Shown in pieces: positions 8,192-15,179 of a stretch of DNA of 64,000 nt (its first letter is position 1; every line of letters begins with the position of its first letter). The stretch is from an uncultured Rhodospirillaceae bacterium. GTDB taxonomy: Bacteria > Pseudomonadota > Alphaproteobacteria > Dongiales > Dongiaceae. The DNA lies in contig CAYPKW010000002.1 of assembly GCA_964411425.1 (NCBI GenBank), positions 45,512 to 109,511 on the forward strand, written 5' to 3'. Position numbers and translations under genes: made by a program. The notes below the pieces were generated by a model that saw nothing but the letters and a program-made list of their open reading frames with translations, ran no database searches and was not told the DNA's origin.

Positions 8192-8470
8192 TCGCCTCGG
8201 CGGTCGCCGCACCGCCATCCGCGCCGGCGCTCCCGAGCGCCCGTCGATAGCCGCCGGGCATGAATCCCATAGGCAAATCATAGTTCCCCGGCGGCTCGCC
8301 GGATTGCTATGAGTGCCGGCGACCGCTGGCACGTCGCGCGGCCGGAAATCGGTACGTCAAATCTTCGTGAAACCAAGATGTTGCAGGCCGCCGACGATTG
8401 CCAAGCCATGTTAGCGTCGCCACGTCTGTCGGCGTCGCGACAATCCAACAAACTCTCAGGAGGACCGAAC

Positions 8471-8737
8471 ATGAAGACCCCGATTCTTGTCTCTACCGCC
8501 ATGGCCGCGGCGATCACGATTGCCAGCATGGCCGGCGCCCAGGCCGGCAAGGCCCCGGTGCCGAGCTACGAGAACGAGAAGTGTTTCGGCATCGCCTATG
8601 CCGGCAAGAACGACTGCCAGACCGCCAACAGCTCCTGCGCGGGAACCTCGAAGAAGGACCAGCAGGTCGACGCCTGGATCTACGTCCCGGCGGGGACCTG
8701 CGACAAGATCGTTGGCGGCAGCCTGCCAAAGACCTGA
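8471..8737 (+). CDS. bufA: DUF2282-type four-Cys secreted peptide precursor (BufA1-like), copy 2
   Basis: SD AGGAGG. Signal peptide [25 protein letters not shown], then core [24 protein letters not shown]...[12 protein letters not shown]. The longer ORF from 8309 has no support. Confidence 0.85.
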   Translation: MKTPILVSTAMAAAITIASMAGAQAGKAPVPSYENEKCFGIAYAGKNDCQTANSSCAGTSKKDQQVDAWIYVPAGTCDKIVGGSLPKT

Positions 8738-8768
8738 CCGGCGCCATCGTCGAGTGGATGTCCCTAGG

Positions 8769-9653
8769 ATGTCGCGCATCGGCTCGACGACGTTCAAGCG
8801 GGGCCCGATCTCGGCCGCGGCCGGGATCGGGCTTCGCCAAGTTCACCACCGCGACGTCCTCGATGCCCGGCCGTCGGTGGGTTTCCTCGAGGTGCACCCG
8901 GAGAACTACCTGGGCGGCGGAGCCAATCTGCATTACCTGACCGAGCTGCGCCGCGACTACCCGATCAGCCTGCACGCCGTCGGGATCTCGCTCGGCACCG
9001 ACGGGCCGCTCGACCGCGAGCATCTGTCCCGCCTGGCGGAACTGGCGGAGCGCATCGAGCCGGCGCTGGTGTCGGAGCACTTGTCCTGGAGCATCGCCGA
9101 CGGCGTCTACCTCAACGACCTTCTGCCGTTGCCCTACACGGAGGAAGCCCTTGGCGTCGTGGCGCGCCACGTGGACGAGGTGCAGGAGTACCTGGGGCGC
9201 AAGATTCTGCTGGAGAATCCGTCCACCTACCTGCGCTTCGTCCATTCCAGCCTAAGCGAGCAGGAGTTCCTGGCCGAGGTCGCGCGCCGCACCGGCTGCG
9301 GCGTGCTCTTGGATGTGAACAATCTGTACGTCAGCGCGATGAACCACGGGTTCGAGCCCGATGCGTACCTGCGCGGACTGCCCGCGGCGATAGGCGAAAT
9401 CCATCTCGCCGGCCACAGCGTGAAACGGGTCGACGGCGTCAGCCTGCGCATCGACGACCACGGCTCGGCGGTCGATGCCGCCGTCTGGCGGTTGTACGAG
9501 AAGGCGCTCGCCAGGTTCGGGCCGCTGCCTACCCTCATCGAATGGGACACCGACATCCCGCCGCTGCCGGTTCTGGTCGGCGAAGCGGAAAAGGCGGCGG
9601 ACGCGCTGGCGAAGGCAGCGCGACGGGAGGCAGTCCATGCCGTCACTGCGTGA
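8769..9653 (+). CDS. bufB: DUF692 / MNIO-family (MbnB-like) TIM-barrel iron enzyme, BufB-like
   Basis: Typical DUF692 blocks GIGLRQVHH, LEVHPENY, SLHAVGISLG, VSEHLSW, LLENPS, DVNNLYVS, IHLAGH. Start is ATG 8769 (or GTG 8754), 32 nt after precursor copy 2. Confidence 0.85.
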   Translation: MSRIGSTTFKRGPISAAAGIGLRQVHHRDVLDARPSVGFLEVHPENYLGGGANLHYLTELRRDYPISLHAVGISLGTDGPLDREHLSRLAELAERIEPALVSEHLSWSIADGVYLNDLLPLPYTEEALGVVARHVDEVQEYLGRKILLENPSTYLRFVHSSLSEQEFLAEVARRTGCGVLLDVNNLYVSAMNHGFEPDAYLRGLPAAIGEIHLAGHSVKRVDGVSLRIDDHGSAVDAAVWRLYEKALARFGPLPTLIEWDTDIPPLPVLVGEAEKAADALAKAARREAVHAVTA

Positions 9654-10428
9654 GCTGCAGGGCGCGATCCGCGCCGGCATCCTGGGCGCGGGCGGCGACA
9701 GCGTATTGCCGCTGATCGTCCCCGATGGACTCAAGCCCGAGGGCCGGCTCGCGGTCTACCGCAACAACACGTTCATCAGTCTCACCGCGGCCCTGAAAGC
9801 CACCTTCCCCGTGGTCTGCCGCCTGGTCGACGAGCGTTTCTTCGCCTATGCCGCGGCCGCTTATGTTCGCGAGCGGCCGCCGACGCGGCCTTGCGTTGCC
9901 GAATACGGCGCCGACTTCGCCGATTTCCTGGCCGCCTTCGAGCCGGCCCGTCGGCTTGTCTATCTGCCCGACGTGGCGCGGCTCGAATGGGCCATCAACC
10001 TCGCCCGTCACGCCCCCGACGCCGCGATATTCGACCCGGCGCGGCTCGCGGCCGTGCCCGCCGAGCGGCAAGGGGCTGTCGCCTTCATCCTGCATCCCGC
10101 CTGCCGCCTCGTCACGTCAGGCTACCCGATCGAGCCGATCTGGCGGGCCAACCAGCCGGATGGCGATGGCGCGGCCGACCTTGCCGCCGGCCCGAGCCGC
10201 CTCATCGTCTATCGCCGGGTCCTCGACGTTCATCTCGCCGACCTCGGTGCCGCCGGTTACGCCTTCGCGGCGGCGCTCGCCCTGGGCCGGGCGTTGCAAC
10301 GGGCCTACGAGGCCGCCACCGCCGTCGATCTCGATTTCGATCTTGCCGTGGCGCTGCATTGGCATTTCGCCCGCGGGACCATCGCGGGCTTCATCCTTCC
10401 CGACAGAGACGATGGAGGCCACTCATGA
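9637..10428 (+). CDS. bufC: DUF2063-family partner protein, BufC-like
   Basis: MPSLRELQGAIRAGILG..., VYRNN..., LPDVARLEWA... match my recollection of DUF2063. SD GGGAGG. The start overlaps bufB by 17 nt. Confidence 0.75.
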   Translation: MPSLRELQGAIRAGILGAGGDSVLPLIVPDGLKPEGRLAVYRNNTFISLTAALKATFPVVCRLVDERFFAYAAAAYVRERPPTRPCVAEYGADFADFLAAFEPARRLVYLPDVARLEWAINLARHAPDAAIFDPARLAAVPAERQGAVAFILHPACRLVTSGYPIEPIWRANQPDGDGAADLAAGPSRLIVYRRVLDVHLADLGAAGYAFAAALALGRALQRAYEAATAVDLDFDLAVALHWHFARGTIAGFILPDRDDGGHS

Positions 10429-10892
10429 GTACCACGCTGCCCGAACGCACCGCCGTCACCGGGATTCCGGCGTTGATCGCCGCGATCATCGGCGCCGTGG
10501 AGAGGGTTCCCATCGCCATCCCGGCCTTCGTGCTGCGCCTTGGGGTGGCGCTCGTGTTCTGGCGCTCCGCCAAGACCAAGCTCGCCAACTGGGACCTGAC
10601 CGTCCAGCTCTTCGCCGACGAGTACAAGGTGCCGGTGCTGCCGCCCGAGGTCGCCGCCTTTCTGGCGACCTCGGTGGAGCTCGCCGCGCCCATCATGCTG
10701 CTCGTCGGGCTCGCGACGCGCCTCGGCGCCGCGGCCATGCTGGGCATGACGCTGGTGATCCAAATCTTCGTCTATCCGACGAGCTATCCGGATCACCTGC
10801 TGTGGGCGGGTCCGCTGCTGTACCTGGTCCTGCGCGGACCGGGCGCCATCTCGATCGATCACTTGATCCGCGGGCGTTACATCGGCGCGTGA
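10425..10892 (+). CDS. DoxX-family integral membrane protein
   Basis: Four predicted TM segments and a DoxX-like pattern (RLGVALVFWRSAKTKL...ELAAPIMLLVGLATRLGA...). ATGA start/stop overlap with bufC. Confidence 0.8.
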   Translation: MSTTLPERTAVTGIPALIAAIIGAVERVPIAIPAFVLRLGVALVFWRSAKTKLANWDLTVQLFADEYKVPVLPPEVAAFLATSVELAAPIMLLVGLATRLGAAAMLGMTLVIQIFVYPTSYPDHLLWAGPLLYLVLRGPGAISIDHLIRGRYIGA

Positions 10893-10910
10893 CGGGCACG
10901 GCGCCGGCGC

Positions 10911-10940
10911 CGGTGTCCATGCCGGCACACCGCCGTTTTT
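10911..10940 (+). terminator. candidate intrinsic terminator after the DoxX gene
   Basis: Imperfect stem CGGTGTCC...GGCACACCG followed by CCGTTTTT, about 20 nt after the stop codon. Confidence 0.4.
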
Positions 10941-11283
10941 CGGCCGCCTCCAGCGAGCCTCCAGCGAGAGGGAGAAAATTCGACGATCAACCCCACGCGC
11001 AGCGGGGCGCCGCTAGGCCCCGCTTGGCGAGGGCCGGGCCAACCACAACAGGTAGGGGGGTCCGCCGGGCTGCGCCCCGTGGGCCGGACGGCGCCGCAGC
11101 GGCAAGGGGATCGGCGGCGTCATGCGTAAGCAAGGTGTCCAGGCATCGATTTTTCGAGGAACGACCCGAATCGCCGCGGGACGGCGCCGTTTTTCGGGCC
11201 ACCTGAAGGTGCTTCACGATTTCAAACAGCGCCCGCCCGGAGGCGGGGCGGCCCAAGGGCCTTCGCCCGCGGACCGCAAGTCG

Positions 11284-11299
11284 GTTCCATTTTAGGAAC
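11284..11299. promoter_or_regulatory. inverted repeat GTTCC-N6-GGAAC in an AT-rich patch upstream of the ureohydrolase gene
   Basis: GTTCCATTTTAGGAAC sits in the only AT-rich stretch of the 490-bp intergenic region, about 130 nt upstream of ATG 11428. Confidence 0.2.
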
Positions 11300-11345
11300 T
11301 TTTTCACGCGTGTCAAGGGAGTCGTAGCGGGCTCGCGCTCGGCGC

Positions 11346-11365
11346 ATAGCCGGCGCGCCGGCTAT
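11346..11365. promoter_or_regulatory. perfect 20-bp palindrome (operator or hairpin)
   Basis: ATAGCCGGCGCGCCGGCTAT is exactly self-complementary. It lies 62 nt upstream of ATG 11428. Confidence 0.25.
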
Positions 11366-11427
11366 TTGCCCCGCGCCGCCGCTGGGCTATGCTGGCGGAT
11401 TCGTGCCGTCGGCCGAAGGGGAAGACC

Positions 11428-12630
11428 ATGGCAACGCGGAAGCCGCCGCGCTCCGGCGGAGCGGGCAAGCAGCAGTTCCGGGGCAATCGCAACCTCGAAC
11501 GCTTGTCGCGCATCTCCCAGACCAAGCAATCGGAGGAGGTGAAGCGTTCTCTTAAACTCGGCCTGGAGGCCGCCGGGTCCGTCGTCGACCGCACCATCTC
11601 GTGCTTCAGCCGCGGCCACCAGCCGGCCTTCGCCGGCATCAACACCTTCATGAAGGCGCCGTACTGCGAGGACGTGCGCAAGGTGCGGAAGTACGAGGCC
11701 GCGTTCGTCGGCGTCCCCTTCGACACCGCCACCACCTACCGGCCGGGCGCCCGCTTCGGCCCGCAGGCGGTGCGCCGCATCTCGGCGCTTTACGACGGCT
11801 ATTCGGTGGACGGCGCGGTCGACATCTACGAAGAGCTCGACTTGTGCGACATCGGCGACGTGTTCGTCATTCCGGGTAACATCGAAAAGACGTTCGATCA
11901 GGTGACCAAGGCCGTGTCGCACATCTTCACCGCGGGCGTGTTCCCGATCATCTGCGGCGGCGACCACAGCCTCGGATTTCCCAACCTGCGCGGCATCGCG
12001 CCCCACATCGAGGGCAACGTCGGCATCATCCACATCGACCGCCACCTGGACATCCAGGAAAAGGACATGGACGAGCGGATGCACACCACGCCGTGGTACT
12101 GGACCACGCACGAGCCCGCCTCGACCACCCATCGCGACCACAGCCACATGCACGACGTGGGCCTGCCCAACTGCCTCCCTGTGAACCTGGTGCAGATGGG
12201 CATCGGCGGCTGGTACGGCTCGCGCCCCGGCGCCATCGTCGCCAAACGCCGCGGCACCTCGGTCCTCACCATGACGGACATCACGGAGCGCGGGCCGGCG
12301 GGGGCGGCGGAGGTGGCGCTGGAGCTCGCCTGGAAGGGCTGCAAGGCGGTCTATCTCTCGTTCGACATCGATTCGATCGACCCCGGCTTCGCGCCGGGCA
12401 CCGGGTCGCCGGAGCCGGGCGGCCTGTTGCCGCGCGAGGCCCTGGAGATGGTGCGGATCATCGCCCGCGAGGGCTTGTGCGGCATGGAGGTGGTCGAGGT
12501 GTCGCCGCCCTACGACGTGAACGACAACACCGCCCAGCTCGCCTGCCGCGTGATGCTCGACGCGCTGGGGAGCATGTGCGTCGAGGGCAAGCTCGGGCAC
12601 CGCTCCCGCGTCATGAAGCGCGGCCGCTGA
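11428..12630 (+). CDS. arginase/agmatinase-family ureohydrolase (guanidino-compound hydrolase) with His-rich loop insertion
   Basis: Family motifs [15 protein letters not shown] (DxHxD) and [31 protein letters not shown] precedes ATG 11428. Extra His-rich segment [25 protein letters not shown] lies between motifs 2 and 3. Confidence 0.8.
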   Translation: MATRKPPRSGGAGKQQFRGNRNLERLSRISQTKQSEEVKRSLKLGLEAAGSVVDRTISCFSRGHQPAFAGINTFMKAPYCEDVRKVRKYEAAFVGVPFDTATTYRPGARFGPQAVRRISALYDGYSVDGAVDIYEELDLCDIGDVFVIPGNIEKTFDQVTKAVSHIFTAGVFPIICGGDHSLGFPNLRGIAPHIEGNVGIIHIDRHLDIQEKDMDERMHTTPWYWTTHEPASTTHRDHSHMHDVGLPNCLPVNLVQMGIGGWYGSRPGAIVAKRRGTSVLTMTDITERGPAGAAEVALELAWKGCKAVYLSFDIDSIDPGFAPGTGSPEPGGLLPREALEMVRIIAREGLCGMEVVEVSPPYDVNDNTAQLACRVMLDALGSMCVEGKLGHRSRVMKRGR

Positions 12631-12640
12631 GGCGGGCCCT

Positions 12641-13651
12641 ATGACCGACCACGAGGTGTTCGCCGCGGGCGACGTGGTGTTGCAGTGCGGGCTGACGCTG
12701 CGCGAGGCCAAGCTCGCCTACAAGTGCCATGGCACGCTGAACAAGGACAAAACGAACGCCGTCGTCTTTCCGACCCGCTTCTCCGGCCGGCACGCCGACA
12801 ACGAGTACCTGATCGGCGAGGGCATGGCGCTCGACCCGAAGCGCTACTTCATCGTCGTCCCCAACCTGCTCGGCAACGGGCTTTCATCCTCGCCCAGCAA
12901 TACGCCGCCGCCGTTCGACAAGGCGCGGTTCCCCAATGTCACCATCCATGACAACGTCATGCTCCAGCGCCGCCTGCTGACCGAGCGCTTCGGCGTCGAG
13001 CGCGTGGCGCTGGCGGTCGGCTGGTCGATGGGGGCGCAGCAGGCGTACCACTGGGCGGCCCTCTTCCCCACCTGTGTCGAGCGGCTGGCGGCGATCGGCG
13101 GCTCGGCGCGCACCTCCGACCATAACTTCGTGTTCCTCGAGGGTGTGAAATCGGCGCTCACCGCCGACGCCGCCTGGAACGGCGGCTGGTACGACAAGCC
13201 GCCCGCCGTCGGCCTCAGGGCGATGGCGCGGGTGTGGGCCGGCTGGGGGCTGTCGCAGGCCTTCTACCGGGAGAAGCTCTACAAGACGATGGGCTACGCC
13301 ACGGTCGAGGACTTCCTCGTGGGCTGGTGGGAGGGGCTGTTCCTGCAGCGCGACGCCAACAACCTGCTGGCGTTGATCTGGACCTGGCAGCACGGCGACG
13401 TGAGCGCCAATGACCTCTACAAGGGCGATTTCGAGAAGGCACTGGCGGCCATCGAGGCCAAGGCGATCGTCATGCCGGGCGCGACCGATCTCTACTTCCC
13501 GCCCGAGGACAACGCCAACGAGGTGCGGCACATGCGCCGGGCCGAGCTGCGCCCCATCCCCTCGATCTGGGGCCACTACGCCGGCGGCGGGCGCGACGCC
13601 GCCGCGGCCCGGTTCATCGACGCGGCGCTCAAGGAGTTGTTGGCGGGCTGA
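12641..13651 (+). CDS. MetX-like alpha/beta hydrolase / acyltransferase (homoserine O-acetyltransferase family)
   Basis: GWSMG nucleophile elbow and overall MetX-like layout ([13 protein letters not shown]..., [13 protein letters not shown]..., ...WGHYAGG). Confidence 0.7.
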   Translation: MTDHEVFAAGDVVLQCGLTLREAKLAYKCHGTLNKDKTNAVVFPTRFSGRHADNEYLIGEGMALDPKRYFIVVPNLLGNGLSSSPSNTPPPFDKARFPNVTIHDNVMLQRRLLTERFGVERVALAVGWSMGAQQAYHWAALFPTCVERLAAIGGSARTSDHNFVFLEGVKSALTADAAWNGGWYDKPPAVGLRAMARVWAGWGLSQAFYREKLYKTMGYATVEDFLVGWWEGLFLQRDANNLLALIWTWQHGDVSANDLYKGDFEKALAAIEAKAIVMPGATDLYFPPEDNANEVRHMRRAELRPIPSIWGHYAGGGRDAAAARFIDAALKELLAG

Positions 13652-13666
13652 CGGAGGTTCATTGTC

Positions 13667-14092
13667 ATGAGCGACTTCAAACCGATTCACGGGCGTTGCC
13701 AGTGCGGGGCCGTGCGCTACCGGGTCGATGCGCCCGCCATCGAGCTGTACCATTGCCACTGCTCGATGTGCCGGCGCTGCCACGGCACGCTGTTCGCCAC
13801 CTACGCCACCGTCCCGCGCCAAAGCCTGGTGATCGAAGCCGGAGCCGACAATCTCGCCACCTACGACAGTTCGCCCCCGGTGCACCGGCATTTCTGCCGC
13901 ACCTGCGGCTGCCAACTGCTGCTCGACGACGACCGCTGGCCGGACCTCAAGTGGTACACGCCCGGCACCTGCGACGGCCATCCGGGGCACCGGCCCGAGG
14001 TCGAGGCGCACATTTTCACCAACTCGAAGGTGGCATGGTACCGCATCTCGGACGGGCTGCCGCAATACCCGGAGTTCGCGCCGCAGGTGTGA
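13667..14092 (+). CDS. GFA / CENP-V family zinc protein (glutathione-dependent formaldehyde-activating-like)
   Basis: Cys pattern GRCQCGAVRY, CHCSMCRRCHG and FCRTCG. Confidence 0.8.
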   Translation: MSDFKPIHGRCQCGAVRYRVDAPAIELYHCHCSMCRRCHGTLFATYATVPRQSLVIEAGADNLATYDSSPPVHRHFCRTCGCQLLLDDDRWPDLKWYTPGTCDGHPGHRPEVEAHIFTNSKVAWYRISDGLPQYPEFAPQV

Positions 14093-14118
14093 TTAATACC
14101 AAGGGCCGATGACGGCGA

Positions 14119-14240
14119 CCTCTTGCCTCGTGCTTCGAGACGCCGGCTTCGCCGGCTCCTCAGCATGAGGCAAGGGGTTGTTTTTGTGAACAAAACCTCG
14201 TCCTGAGGAGCGCCCGAAGGGCGCGTCTCGAAGGACGGGC
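14119..14240. repeat. double-hairpin REP-like intergenic repeat, copy 1
   Basis: Hairpin 1 contains TTCGAGACGCC...GGCTCCTCA. Hairpin 2 contains the complementary CTGAGGAGCGCCC...GCGTCTCGAA. It lies between convergent genes. The same core is found at 43610..43722. Confidence 0.75.
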
Positions 14241-14252
14241 TACGAGTCGATC

Positions 14253-15122
14253 TCAGAGGCTCTTGGTATAACTGGATCGCAGGTGCGCCAGCACCTCGCG
14301 GGCGAAGGGCTCGGGCGCGTCCTGCTGCAGCCAGTGCGAGGCGTTCTCCAGCCGCACCAAGCGGGCGCCCGGAATCTCGGCCGCCAATCGTTCGCCGTCG
14401 CCGATGGTCTGCCACGGATCGTGCACGCCCCACAGCACCAACGTGGGGGCGCGGATGTCCTGGTGGCGATCCACCAGCATCATGGTGTGGTTGGTGTTGA
14501 GTGCGCTGGCGTTGCGGATGAGGCTGATCTTGCCCTCCTCGTCGCTGTAGGGGGCGATGATGCCGGCGCGGAACCGCGGCGTGAGGCGCTCTCGGTTGTG
14601 CAGCCCGTCCGGCAGCCCGGAGGCCACGAACTCCGCCACCTCCGCCGGCGTCTTGGCGCGCCATGCGGGGTCGCCCAGCGCCACCATGTCGCCGATCGGC
14701 CAGGAATCGTAGGCCACGACGTTGCACAGCACGAGACGCCGCACTCGTTCGGCGTGCTCGATCGCCAAGATGAGTGCGACGCCGCCGCCGGTGTCGTGCC
14801 CGACGACGTTGGCCCGCTCGATCCCGAGTGCATCCATGAATCGCAGGATCATCGCCGTTTGCGCCACCAGCGAGCGGTCGAAGCGGTCGCGGCGATCCGA
14901 GTATCCGTGGCCGAGGAAGTCCGGCGCGATGACCCGGCAATGCGGCGCCAATAACGGGATCGCGTCGTCGTAAAGAAACGACCAGGTCGGGATGCCGTGC
15001 AGCAGCAGCACCGGCTCGCCGTCGCCGACGTCCGTGTAGGCGACCTTGAGCGGCTGGTAGGAGAGCCCGTCCAGGAAGAGGGTCTTCTGACGGGCCCGGA
15101 AGGCTTCGTGGGACGCGGTCAT
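14253..15122 (-). CDS. alpha/beta hydrolase, epoxide-hydrolase/haloalkane-dehalogenase-like (Asp nucleophile)
   Basis: HGIPTWSFLY oxyanion region, GHDTGGG nucleophile elbow and C-terminal ASHWLQQD His. Start taken at MTASHEAF (15122). Confidence 0.75.
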   Translation of the reverse strand: MTASHEAFRARQKTLFLDGLSYQPLKVAYTDVGDGEPVLLLHGIPTWSFLYDDAIPLLAPHCRVIAPDFLGHGYSDRRDRFDRSLVAQTAMILRFMDALGIERANVVGHDTGGGVALILAIEHAERVRRLVLCNVVAYDSWPIGDMVALGDPAWRAKTPAEVAEFVASGLPDGLHNRERLTPRFRAGIIAPYSDEEGKISLIRNASALNTNHTMMLVDRHQDIRAPTLVLWGVHDPWQTIGDGERLAAEIPGARLVRLENASHWLQQDAPEPFAREVLAHLRSSYTKSL

Positions 15123-15179
15123 GGACGCCCGCCGCGGCCGGGGGACCCGCGAGGGGTCCCCCCTGCCCACCCGCCGATG

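Noticed and set aside
8514-9245. 243-aa minus-strand ORF opposite bufA copy 2 and bufB
   Set aside because: It is antisense to the DUF692 gene, which has multiple family blocks. Its composition is that of a shadow frame.
10941-11427. Guanidine (ykkC-type) or other known riboswitch upstream of the ureohydrolase gene
   Set aside because: I could not recognise the conserved ykkC/guanidine-I, mini-ykkC or guanidine-III sequence blocks by eye. An Infernal scan would be needed to exclude it formally.
10987-11735. Minus-strand ORFs of 109 and 140 aa in or next to the intergenic gap
   Set aside because: Both have Arg/Pro/Ala/Gly-rich translations, no SD and no motifs. The second overlaps the start of the ureohydrolase gene in antisense.
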